64,000 nucleotides of DNA from Balamuthia mandrillaris. Its lineage: Eukaryota. Each line of letters begins with the position of its first letter. Positions within the stretch are counted from its first letter, which is position 1. The position numbers and the translations under genes were made by a program. This document shows positions 15,516-26,756 of the stretch, one piece after another. Under the pieces are notes generated by a model, which worked only from the letters and a program-made list of their open reading frames with translations, was not told where the DNA came from and made no database searches. Location of the stretch: the NCBI GenBank assembly GCA_031835245.2, contig JAVKOQ020000017.1, positions 124,001-188,000 of the forward strand, written 5' to 3'.

Positions 15516-15807
15516 TTCTCCTTTCTTTTCTTTCTCGCTCCCTTTTTTCCGCTTCTCTCTTTTTCGTCGACAATTGCGAGGAGTCAAATCCATCTTTTTT
15601 AAGGACTTGGAACGAGGGGCCGTTTGTCGACAATTAATTCGGATTTATTTGGTGTTTTTGGTTTTACTTTCTTTTTCTTTCTTTTCCCCGTTTCTCTCTC
15701 AGCTCGCTAGTTGCCCTGCCCCCCTTTTGTCCCCCCTCCTTTTTTTTTTTAAAGCGTGCCCTCCGCGCTCCGCCCTCAATCTTTCTCACACACACACACA
15801 CGCAAAA

Positions 15808-16764
15808 ATGTCCGCTGCTTCTGCCCCTGCTCCTCGTCCTTTCGGTCTTCGTGACCCCAGCTTCTACGGCAAGTGCATGTTGGGAGGTGTGCTGGCCTGC
15901 GGTTTGACCCACGCCTCCGTGGTGTCCCTGGACGTGGCCAAGTGCCGAGCTCAGGCCCACGCCAAGTCTGGCCGCTGGCCCGGTGCCTTGACCGCCGGCC
16001 TGCGCAAGATTGCCGCCGAGGAAGGAGCTGCCGGCCTTCGTGTTGGATGGGTGCCCACCTTGTTCGGCTACGGAGCTCAGGGTCTCTTCAAATTCGGCCT
16101 TAACGAGCTGTTCATCGATCTCTACAAGAACGCCATCGGCGGAGCGGACAAGTTGGACACTCAGTGGAAGAAGATGGCTCTCTGGGCTGCCGCCTCTGGC
16201 TCTGCCGAGATCTTTGCCGACATTGCTCTCTGCCCCTTTGAGATGACCAAGGTCAAGATGCAGGTCACCCTCCCCGGAGACGCCGGCGCTGTTGGCACCA
16301 GGATGCTGCCTGCCATGGGACAGATGTACGCTAACCGCGCTGACACCAAGTTCCCCTTTGGCTCCTTGACTCCCTTGTGGGGACGTCAGGTCCCTTACAC
16401 CATGATCAAGTTCGTGGGCTTCTACATGACCGCTGAGTGGATCTACGAGCAAATCCATAAGCACACCGGCAAGGCCAAGAACGATCTCTCCAAGGCTGCT
16501 CAGCTGTCCATCACCTTCGCCTCTGGCTACTGGGCCGGCATCTTCTGCGCCATCGCCACTCAGCCCATGGACAACCTTGTCTCCATGAAGGGCAACCCCA
16601 TCAACAGGGACAAGGGATGGGGAGAGATGGCCAGGGAGATGGGTGTTAAGAACCTTTTCACCAAGGGTCTCGGCACTCGTGTCATCATGATTGGTACCCT
16701 CACCGGCCTCCAATGGTGGATCTACGGCACCTTCAAGAGCATCATGGGCTTTGGCACTCAGTAA
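15808..16764 (+). CDS. SLC25A3: Mitochondrial phosphate carrier (SLC25A3/Mir1 family), intronless
   Basis: GGVLACGLTH, GWVPTLFGYGAQGLFKFG, AEIFADIALCPFE, LWGRQVPYTMIKF, IMIGTLTGLQWWIY; strong C/T-ending codon bias. Confidence 0.92.
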   Translation: MSAASAPAPRPFGLRDPSFYGKCMLGGVLACGLTHASVVSLDVAKCRAQAHAKSGRWPGALTAGLRKIAAEEGAAGLRVGWVPTLFGYGAQGLFKFGLNELFIDLYKNAIGGADKLDTQWKKMALWAAASGSAEIFADIALCPFEMTKVKMQVTLPGDAGAVGTRMLPAMGQMYANRADTKFPFGSLTPLWGRQVPYTMIKFVGFYMTAEWIYEQIHKHTGKAKNDLSKAAQLSITFASGYWAGIFCAIATQPMDNLVSMKGNPINRDKGWGEMAREMGVKNLFTKGLGTRVIMIGTLTGLQWWIYGTFKSIMGFGTQ

Positions 16765-16868
16765 ACTCTGATAACACTATTAAAAAACCCTTTCACTCTT
16801 TTTGTTTTACCCCGACAATCATTTATTTCGTCTCAACTTTCTTTCTTTCTCTTCACCACCATTAAACG

Positions 16869-19800
16869 TTAAAAGTAATCATCATCGACGAAGATGGTGA
16901 TCCCTGTTTCTTTCACCCGTTCTGCTTTCCCGCCTTTGCCTCCTTTTCTGTGGGCACCATCCAGGCGGTGTACTTTTGTCAAAGGGGGCAGTGATTGGGT
17001 GAAGTAACGCTGGTCGGCAAGTCCAGGATCTTCGCTGACGTCGCTCACGATGACAATGTCTCCGTTTCGCAGCTTCAACGCTCCGCCTTTCTTGTTGTTT
17101 GTTGCTGCCTTTTTCCTCTTCCTCCGTTGTTGTTGCTGCAGGGGCTGTTTTGTCTCTTCTTCCTTTGCCTCGCTTTCTTCCTGGGTTGGAGGCACGGACA
17201 AAGGAGTAGCCAAGAAGGCCCATGTACGTTTGAACGGGAAGTACTTGATTACGGTAAGATACTCTCGTGGAATGTTGTAACGTTGAGACATGGATTCAGC
17301 CAGCACTTCAGCGGCACTAACTCCTTCTCCATCGTTGGCGTTAAACCAGAACTCATCCGCCGGCAAAACGAAGCGCTGTTGCTTCGAATCTCTGCGATAA
17401 ACGTACAACAAAGTTGGCGGTTGTGATTGTTTGTTGCTGTCGGTAGTTGAAGAAGGGTCAGGATTGGTGAGGACTTGAACAGTTACTGTAGAGTCGTCGG
17501 AGAGATGAAGCCGTTTCAAGGGCTTGTTATCATCCTGCAGTAACGTTCCTCCATGCCATAACCGCAAATGCTCTGGTGATTGCTTTATAAAGTTTTTTTT
17601 TCTACACGGTCAGAAAGGGAGGAGATGAAAGAAGCGAAGTAAAAAGAAGAGAAAGGAAAGAAAGAAGAGAAAGGCGTACCACATGATTGAGAGCAGCTTG
17701 TCCCAACAAAATAGTTTTAAGGTCGACAAGAGTGGCCGTGTTTACCGTCTCAATGTCGCAGAGAGGGGTTGCAAAGAAAGGGCAGTTGTCCTCAAGCTGT
17801 CCACCTGTCGTAAAGTAGGAAGAAAGATGAAAAGCTGGAGAGCCCAATTGTTTGACTTGTTCTTCGATGGGAAGAATTTCGCTGCTTTGCTCGCCAGGCA
17901 ATGCGGTGCTTTCCTTTGATGAAGCTCCTTCTTCAACTTTTTGTTGTTGGTTTGAGGGATCTTCAGGCAAGAGAGAATCTGTCACATAAAGTTGACAGCG
18001 AAGAGAGATTTGGCCTTTTACCGGAGGCTAAACGGAACCATGAGAATTCTGTTAAAAAATTGTTTTTAAAATAAAAACAAGTAACGTAAACGTACTTTGC
18101 CTTCCTCCAACCAAAGCGTGTCTCCGTCGAGAACGTTTTCATGCGCCAGAGTTGCTTCTTCATCGTAAAAGAGAGCGGCTGGATTGGACCAGATATCCGT
18201 TCTACGCAGCCTGTAGCGCTCTGGGTTGAGCTCGAACACACTCGCCATTTCCTTTTTACTTTTTGTTGTTTGTTAGTATTTTAATAGAACAGTAGAGTAA
18301 AGGGACGGAGAGGAGAGAGGAGAGAGGAGAGAGGAGAGAGGAGAGAGGAGAGAGGAGAGAGGAGGAGAGGAGAGAGGAGAGAGGAGAGAGAGAGAGGAGA
18401 GAGGAGAGAGGAGAGAGGAGAGAGGAGAGAGGAGAGAGAGGAGGAGAGGAGAGAGGAGAGAGGGAAAGAGAGGAGAGAGAGGAGAGAGGAGAGAGGAGGA
18501 TACCATTTGGCGATTGTTGCGTTCTTGGGCACAGTAATTGTAACAGGATGGTCCTTGCTAGCAAAAGCACCAGCAAACCTAATGCTGAGTAGCGGTATGC
18601 CATCCTCATTCACTGCTTCTTCCATCATCATTCCGTCCTCCCCTGCATCGGCAGCAACTGCGTTCCGCTCTACGATGACACGATCACCAGTACCAATACC
18701 GGCTGCGTTCAAGCGCAATGACTCATCTCTAAACAGCGAACCAGGGCTTCCTCCTGGCAACGTTCTTCTCAACCGACATGCATCGTAGTTGTTGCTCAAC
18801 TTAAAGATTTCCACAGTTCTTCTTTCTGCTTCATCCTTCCTCTTTTTGTCATCCTCCTCATTTTCTTGTGCTTCTTGATCCCCCGCAGAAGAAGAGGTCA
18901 GAGAAGCAATCAAATGAGGTATAATAGCAGCTTTGAGTTGAGCAACGGTGGCATCTTTCGGTACCTCCACGAAGAAGAACGAAGAGGAATTTCGTACTCC
19001 AGATTCAGGAAGCCCCGTGTAGGCATCTGTCACAAAGACCTGCACAGCAGATGCACGGGCTTCATAGACAGCCCACGCGCACGATGCTCTCAAGCATGCC
19101 GCCACGTCTTCGTCTGGAGTAACTTGGCTCAACATTGTCGGCGACAATGATGACGATAAAAGTGGCCATTCTTCCAAAGAAAGAAGAGACGGAAGAACGG
19201 AAGAGGGAGAGTCTTTGTCATCGTCGTCAAAGATGATGCCAAGTTCTTTTAGAGAGAGCTCATCGCGAAGAAGTGGAACAGGGGGCTGGCCGGGTGTCCC
19301 TTCTCTGCACAAAAACAAACGATTCGCTTGAGAAGAAGAAGGGATTCCCGAAAGCTTGGCCAGTTCTTGCTTCAATGATGCCAACGTTGATGATGCGCTC
19401 GTCTGCACTTCGTAAGTTGCTCGCGTCCATACTCCGCTGTGAAGAAGAAAGAGGGGAGTGATGGCGTCCTTCTCGTGTTCGTTCTCGACATCTTTATCTT
19501 TCGTTTGTTCTTCTCTGACATAATGAGTAACGTGTAAAGTGTAATTTGCCTTGTTTACGTTGTTGTTTGTCGTTGAATCTTTGTCTTTTGTTGGAGGATT
19601 CCAAACATTTCGAGCGGCTCCCACATGTACACCATCCCATACCAACACGCTTATAGGCTCTGTGATGGACAACTCCTCCAAAGATTTGTTTGAAAGTTCG
19701 TCATCGTCATCATTGCTGATGGAGAGAATTGTTCGTTCGAACAAGACTTTTCCTCCTCCGTCTTTAGTTTTGATTTCGTCCAATCGCAGTTTCAGCTCCC

Positions 19801-21294
19801 CATCAGCTTTTCCTTTTTCTTCTTCTTGCAAATGAAGATTGTTCCACACTTCCAAAATACGTTCTTTGAAGGCCTTTACTGAAGTCGTCTTTGGGAGAAC
19901 GATCACTCGCTCCTTTTGTCTCTTGCCTTCATCTTTAGTCTTAACGTATCGCTTGTAGAGCGCTCCGTCGCTGCCAATAGTCAGATCCTCCGAAGTGAGA
20001 ATCAAGACATCCACCTGTTGCAGCAGTTCAAGGTACTCTGCTCGTTCTTTGTCCAACTCCTGGTTTGTTTTCTCTATTTCGGCGAGTAAATGCGGAGGAA
20101 CTTCTACTGCTGTTTTAGGAGATGAAGAAGAGGCCCTTTTTTCTTTGGTTGAAGTCAAAGCTTGTTCTGGTTGACATCTCCGATATATCAACATATCTTT
20201 TGTTTAACAGAAACGAGTTAGTTGAAAGAATAGAGAGAATGGCGTAAAGAAAGTGCGATAAGAACATACATGCACATTCAGACTTGCCAGCGTACTGAGT
20301 GGCCAATCGCTCCACAGGAATCGGTGTCACTTTGCCATCGTCAAAATCGAACCATCCATTCGCCAGCTGTTTCTTTCTTTCTTCTTCGCTGGGTGGTGTT
20401 GATGTGACATCTCTAATGTAGGCGTGGTAATGACCGAAACCAGCGTTACTTCCTCGGTGAATGACCACGCAAAAGAGTTCATAAAGGTGAGGCGAGGCGG
20501 GATCGTAAGCTCCCCATTCTAACTCGTATGACTCTTTTTCTTTATCATCGTCCTCTTCTCCGTTTTCTGCTTGCCGCCGTTTTTTGTTTCTTCTTTTTTT
20601 ATTCTGATTATTGTTGCTCTTGTTGTTGCTACTTTGAGTTGCAACAGTTTCGTCTGTTTGTTGGATAGTAACAGATTCGGCGTCGTTTTTCTTTTCTTTC
20701 TCTGTTTCTTTAGGTTGTGGGTTTGCCTCTTTTTGCTGTTGTTCTTGTTTTAAAGTGCTATCGGCTGGGGCACGGGCCATTGCACCACCTTCCTCATACT
20801 TGCTCATGTCTAACAATAGAGGAAACGAGAATTTTTCGGTATTCTTTATGCGACAATCCTTTTTAAAAACAAGGTGAGAAAGAGATAAGAAATGAAGAGA
20901 AGAAATACGGATGCATACCCTCTCCCAGTCATACATAAACCGAGACAACGAGAGAATGAGGATTGAAGGTAACGAACGGAATGTCGCTCCTTTCAAAGCG
21001 TCCACTTTACATTGACATTGCTCACAGTAATATCTTGTTTGTATAACAAAGTTAAAAGCAAAAACAAACGAGATGAAGAAGGGAAGGAAAAAGTACTGGT
21101 TATCTCCACAGAGTCGTTCGTAATCAGTGGCAGCATAGAGACTGGCCTCAACTGAGGGAAAGCCAGCCACCGTTAGCGTTACATCTTGAAAAGGTTCTTC
21201 CCTTTCGCTTACTCCTGTTAAATTTTTAAAATTTCGTAAGTTAATAAGCCGATTAAAAAAAGGAATAAAGAGAGCATAGAACTGTAGGACAATC

Positions 21295-21352
<58 letters not shown>

Positions 21353-22779
21353 GAACGGTTGCATTGAGTGCAAATGATCTTATTAACTGTTACTCCTCTG
21401 TACAAGTCGTTGATGAGGTTCTGCATCGGAGTGTTTCGCAGCGAACGTTCGATCGCTTCAAATAAAACTCTTCATTGTTGTTGTCACAAAAAAGATAAGC
21501 GTTTTTAAAATGAGCCAATAACGTTAAAAGACAACAAAAACAAACCAACCTGTTTAATTCATGAACGTCGTGTTGCTGAAACATCTGACTGCCTCTCCAG
21601 CCAAAGCTCTTGGTTAAATCCTCTGTTGAGGCAGCCTCCAAATTCGCCAGTTGCAGCTTTGCAAACAATCTTTGCAACTGCATCGGTATCTTCCTCTTCT
21701 TTGTTGTCTTTTGCTTTTTCGGTTTTTTCTTAGTTTCCTTCTCTTCACCATCTTCCTTCTTTGTCTCTTTGCTATCGACATTGGTTGCGTCGTCATTCTT
21801 TTCTTCTTTTTCTTTGTCTTTGTGTTGTTCTTGATCCTCTTCTTCAAAGAATGCACCCCCAATACTAAAAGCATCTTGAAGCAAGTCTTCATCCTCCTCC
21901 GTCAAAGCAAGCAAATCCGGCATCATGTTTTCTTCATTAAAATGCGACACACCTTTGGTCTCCACCAATCCTTCCTCTCCGTCTTCATATTCTCTTTCCT
22001 CACGCTTGTTCTTATCTTCATCGTTTGCTGTGAGAGCTTCTGGAGAGAATAGCCACTCCACAGCCTGTGCTCTTTGCTCAACGGATGGAAAGCGTTTGGC
22101 TGCTCGTCTCGCTTGTTCTCTGTCGAATCCCATTTCAACTAGAAACTGGATAGTTTCTTCCCTTTCCTCTTCCTCTTCTTTCGTTTTCCTCTCCTCCTCT
22201 CCTTTTCTTTTTTCTTCTTCTCTTTGCTTCTCTTCTCTCTGCTTCCTATCCTTCTCGTCCTCCTCCTCCTTTTCTGCAGTTGCTTCTTCTTTGTGTCCTG
22301 TCTCCTCCTCTTTGTTCTCCCCAGAGGTTGTGTCCGGTTCACTTTTTGGAGGGATGGTGACCTGAAGGTCTTCCGGGGAGAGTGAATAAAGGCCCGCACG
22401 AAGCTCGGGCGTCATGTAAAGTGCTTGTATTAAGCTGTTGAGGTAACACGTCGCTCCCCTGCAAATCGAAAAAAAGATGAGCAGAACAGAACTACACAAA
22501 GAGAAGAAGGAGAAGAAATGAAAGAAGCAAAGAGCGACAAGAAAAAGAGAAAGAAGAGAGGAGCGAAAGCGAAGAAGCGAAGAGGAGCACTACGAACTGG
22601 TTCAACAAGCCAACAAAGCCGCTTTCAGGTCGCTGCTCAAAGCAAAGAGGTTTGTAGGCATAGCGACGTTGCAGCGGCTCGCCGGTCGGGAACGAGGAGC
22701 GCGACGTAACCGAAGAAGAAGACGAGCTTCCCACCACGTCAACCTCTTCATCCTCGCCCTCGAATAAACTGCCCAGCAT
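16869..22779 (-). CDS. USP40: Ubiquitin C-terminal hydrolase, USP40-like (multi-exon), with UBA insert and C-terminal ubiquitin-like domains
   Basis: N-terminal MLGSLFE, Cys box GFVGLLNQ|GATCYLNS, QQHDVHELNRL, His box YELFCVVIHRGSNAGFGHYHAYIRD, WFDFDD. Confidence 0.8.
18309..18498 (+). repeat. Intronic (GAGAG)n pentanucleotide repeat
   Basis: Seen directly; lies in a USP40 intron. Confidence 0.9.
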
Positions 22780-23122
22780 ATTTAGTGGTAGTAGTCGTCG
22801 TAGCCGTCAGTAGGGTGTTATTGTTAACTGTTGTGTATGTGTAAAAAAAAAAAGAGGAAAGAGAAGCAAAGCAAAGAGAAGCTTTTGGCTTCTCTCTCTG
22901 CTGCTACTTCTTTTTTCTCTGAACTTTTTCTTTCTTTTTTTCTTTTTTTTTTGCTTGAGGAGTTTAAGGCGTGGCTGTAATGAAGAAGAAGAAAGAAGAA
23001 AGAAGAAAGAGCCCGCAGATGGTGCGCTTCATCCCTTCCCTCTCGCTGCACCCGGAGAGAGAACCCACCGTTCACTTATTCTTGTTGTTTCCTCCCCCTC
23101 TCACCAAACATAAACAAAGAGC

Positions 23123-24652
23123 ATGCCAGCAGCGCAACCAACAACGGTGGAGTGCCTACCGGCGGAACTGCTCCAGCACATCTTGGGCATGCTTCCCAGG
23201 GGCATGTTGGCTGTGGCGGCAAGGACCTGTCGTGGCTGGTTTGCCTGTTGCCCTCCCCACTTGCGACGCAGGTTGTCCATCCGCACTGTCTGTGGCAGGG
23301 TGGAGCTCCTGCAATGGGCCTGCCAAAGTGGCTACTGCTTGAATGCAACCACATGCAACGAAGCAGCTTTGCAGGGCAAGGTGGATGTGTTGCAGTGGGC
23401 TCGCGCCCAAGGCTGCCCTTGGAACAAGCTTGTGTACGGCTTTGCTGCTGCTGGTGGAAACGTGGAGGAGCTGGAGTATGTGTGGAAGGAGCAGGGGGAG
23501 TGTTGGGATGAGAAAATGCCCACCAGGGCCATCAAACATGGGCGTGTGGCAGCTCTGGAATGGCTGCAGGACAAGTCGCTGCACCAAAGCGCCACCAATG
23601 CATGTGCTGAGGGCCAAGCCAGTGGAGCCCATCTCCTTTTTCACAAGTTTAAGACGGCTTTTGGTCCCCCGTGGTACATGACGATTTGCTACATGGCCGC
23701 TGGAGCAGGTCAACTGGAAGTGCTGAAGTGGGCAAGGGAGCAGGGCTGCACTTGGGACGCATTCACCTGCAGTGAAGCTGCAAGAGGAGGACATTTTGAA
23801 GTGTTGAAGTGGGCAAGGAAGCAGGGCTGCCCTTGGGATGCCAGAACCTGCGCCAACGCCATCCGTGGCGGACATATGCACATCTTTCACTGGGCTCAAG
23901 AGAACGGGTGCCCTTGGGATGAAGACACATGTTGTGAGCTGGCACGAAAGGGTGACCTGGCCACGCTCAAGTGGGCAACAGCTCAAGGGTGCCCGCTCAG
24001 CGACACCACTTACAACGATGCGGTTATTGGCGGAAATGTGGAAGTGCTCCGGTGGCTCTCCGAACAGGGTAAAGATTGCCACCTCTCCACGCACGCATTC
24101 GAGTGGGCAGCCTCAGCTGGGAAGTTGAACGTGCTGGAGTGGCTGTATGAACGGGGTTGCCCTTGGGACGAGCGCACATACCAAATGGCGATCAAGGAAG
24201 ACCACCTGGATGTGGTAAAGTGGCTAAGGGGGCATGGCTGTCCTTGGAATGCTTCCACCTTCGCCACAGCTGTGGCCTGGGACAAGACGGACATCGTGCA
24301 CTGGTTGTGGGAGAATGGCTGCCCTCGGGATGCTAAGGCTTGCGCTGATGCAGCTGCGCGTGGGGACATGGAAATGCTGAAATGGCTGCGACAGCACGGT
24401 TGCCCTTGGGACGCCAAGACGTGCAGAACCGCCATCAAGAACAACCAGCCGACCGTTTTCCTGTGGGCACATCGCAATGGATGCCCTTGCGATAGTAGTA
24501 CTGGCTATCGTGCGCTTTTCAGGTGGGAGCCAGAAAAGAGAGAGGAGCTGCAGGAAGGCTTGGCTGCGGGGTGCCCTTTCTTGCGCTCGTTACACGTTGC
24601 AAAAAACAATACCAAACGTATGCAAGAAGCAGGGTCTCGTTTAAATTTGTGA
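23123..24652 (+). CDS. F-box plus degenerate ankyrin-repeat protein (GCPWD-type), intronless
   Basis: N-terminal LPAELLQHIL...VAARTCRGW F-box-like motif; repeated A-x2-G-x-L-x-VLKW-x4-GCPWD units. Confidence 0.85.
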   Translation: MPAAQPTTVECLPAELLQHILGMLPRGMLAVAARTCRGWFACCPPHLRRRLSIRTVCGRVELLQWACQSGYCLNATTCNEAALQGKVDVLQWARAQGCPWNKLVYGFAAAGGNVEELEYVWKEQGECWDEKMPTRAIKHGRVAALEWLQDKSLHQSATNACAEGQASGAHLLFHKFKTAFGPPWYMTICYMAAGAGQLEVLKWAREQGCTWDAFTCSEAARGGHFEVLKWARKQGCPWDARTCANAIRGGHMHIFHWAQENGCPWDEDTCCELARKGDLATLKWATAQGCPLSDTTYNDAVIGGNVEVLRWLSEQGKDCHLSTHAFEWAASAGKLNVLEWLYERGCPWDERTYQMAIKEDHLDVVKWLRGHGCPWNASTFATAVAWDKTDIVHWLWENGCPRDAKACADAAARGDMEMLKWLRQHGCPWDAKTCRTAIKNNQPTVFLWAHRNGCPCDSSTGYRALFRWEPEKREELQEGLAAGCPFLRSLHVAKNNTKRMQEAGSRLNL

Positions 24653-24685
24653 CAGAATAAAGAGAAGATGAACTACAATAAAATG

Positions 24686-26446
24686 TTATGCCTTGTTGAG
24701 AAGGCCAAAAGACCAACGAAGGCTGTAGGCACTTAAGAATATGAACATCATGCCTGTCACCAAAGAGTATATGGCTTGCTGTTGTGGATAAGGACATTGT
24801 GATACATGAGAAAAAAAAAAAGAGAAAGCCCAAATATAGAGGAGAAAGGAAGAAGAAAAAGAAGATGAAGAAGATGAAGAGAAAAGGTTTACCTCTGGTT
24901 GAATATATTTGAGCGTAGTTGGTATAAGCTCCCGGAAGGACATCAACACCATCACTCCAGCCACTGTCATCATTGTTCGTCAAAGTTAAAAGGTGCAAGA
25001 GAAACAAAGAAAAGAGAGAATTTACCAGCAGCCAAACAAGAGTTAATAAATACAGGAGTTAGCCACGATGTGAAGAGCATTCCAAAGATGACAGCTCCCA
25101 AAGGCTCACATGCCCCAGACAGAAATGCCCATTTTATCGCTTGCCATTTGCTTAATGGAAGAGAAATAAGAAGTAAAGCAGCAATGAAAGGAGATAAACA
25201 ACAAACCTGCCAGTAGAATGATAGATAGGTGCAGCGACGGCCATGCCCTCGGGAATGTTGTGAGCAGCGATGGCAACGGTCAATGGCAGGCCAGCCTTTG
25301 CTCCTTTCATACACGCCAGATAGACACCCACTCCCTCCGGTAGGTTGTGGATACTAATGCCCACTGCCGCTATCACTCCTACCATCAACAAATGAGCGTG
25401 TTTCTTTTTTGACTTTGTGAGTAATGAAGAAAGAAGATAACGTAAAAGCAAAAGATATGTACAGCAGACGCTTTAGAGGAGGTATCGTCGTCATCCTTCT
25501 TGTGTAATGCGGAGACATCAGGCTCTGGAACCAACCAGATAATCACTGTAAAGACCGCCATCCCCACAAAAAACTTGGTTATTGGTGAACAAAAAAAAAA
25601 CCGAGTTTAGTAATAGAAGATCAGAAAAAAGAGGAAAGACAAGCGAAGAAGAATGCAAAGAAGCAGACGAAGAACGAAGAACGAAGAACGAAGAACGAAG
25701 AAGAACGAAGAACGAAGAACGAAGAACGAAGAACGAAGAACGAAGAACGAAGAACAAGAAGAAGAAGAAGAACAAGAAGAAGAGGAACAAGAACAAGAAC
25801 AAGAAGAACAAGAACAAGAACGAAGAAGAACAAGAACAAGAAGAAGAACAAGAAGAACAAGACAAGAAGGTGAAAGCGAGTGAGTGAGTGAGAGAAAGAG
25901 CGACAAAGGAGAGTGAGAGAGAGAGAACAGCAGTGAGAAAGAAGAGAAAGCAAAACCCAAAAGTTTGCAGCAAAGAAGCCTATCTCCTCCACCGCTTCCG
26001 GCAACAAGTCCATAAATGATATGTACACCATCACCTGTTTTATTTTTTTTTTCAAATCCAATCCAATCAAAGTTAGTCGCTTTTGAAGAAAAAAAACCAG
26101 GTAGTGAGCATTGGATGAGATGATTTGTTTAGTTACGTACTCCAGCAGAGAAACTGAGCATGTGCCCCAGCTTCCAAAAGTCAGGGTTGCCAAACATGAG
26201 GACCGCAAAGCCACCAAAGCCGGTGGAGAGGCCGCTCACCGTCGTCAAGAAGAGGGAGGCCCACATGTCGTTGGCTTTGAACTCGAAGAGGTAGAACAGG
26301 TGGCAGGCGAGTGTGAAACAAGCGTTTGTGCGGGAGAGGAGGTCGTCGTTGTCGTCGTCGTCCACCAGAGGGGTGTGGGTCGCGTCGGTGTCAGCAAACA
26401 GTCGTGGTGGCAGCAGCGGTGGGTCAAAAATGTCCTCCTCGTTCAT
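24686..26446 (-). CDS. ZIP-family zinc/divalent metal transporter (ZupT/ZIP11-like), multi-exon
   Basis: SGLSTGFGG, LSFSAGVMVYISFMDLLPEA, GISIHNLPEG, AIAAHNIPEGMAVAAP, SGACEPLGA. The true start may be the downstream Met of MWASLFL. Confidence 0.9.
25660..25870 (+). repeat. Intronic (GAAGAAC)n/(GAACAA)n compound repeat
   Basis: Seen directly in a ZIP intron. Confidence 0.85.
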
Positions 26447-26575
26447 GAAAGTCTTTTCTTTTTTTTAATCGTTTCCCCCCACTCACATGCTTCCCCCGAA
26501 CAACCTCTTCTTTTTCTTCTCTCTCTCTCTCTCTTTCTCTCTCTCTCCTCTCTCTCTCCTCTCTCTCTCTCTCTC

Positions 26576-26607
<32 letters not shown>

Positions 26608-26756
26608 GCACGCGTTATCTTTCTGAAGAAGAAGAAGAAGAGTTCAAAAACAAAAAATAATAAATAGAATAATAAATAAAATAAAATAAAAATAGAACTC
26701 AGTTATCGTTGTTATAAGATAGAGAGGGGGAAAAAAAATAACAACAACAAAAAGGA

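Noticed and set aside
15664..16713. 349-aa antisense ORF over the phosphate carrier (similar ORFs at 33148-34107, 23156-24094 and 50576-51502)
   Set aside because: Shadow ORFs caused by codon bias of the real gene on the opposite strand.
18256..18503. Possible U12 GT-AG intron in USP40 (donor GTATCCTC on the minus strand)
   Set aside because: The donor deviates from GTATCCTT and the branch site is U2-type TACTAAC.
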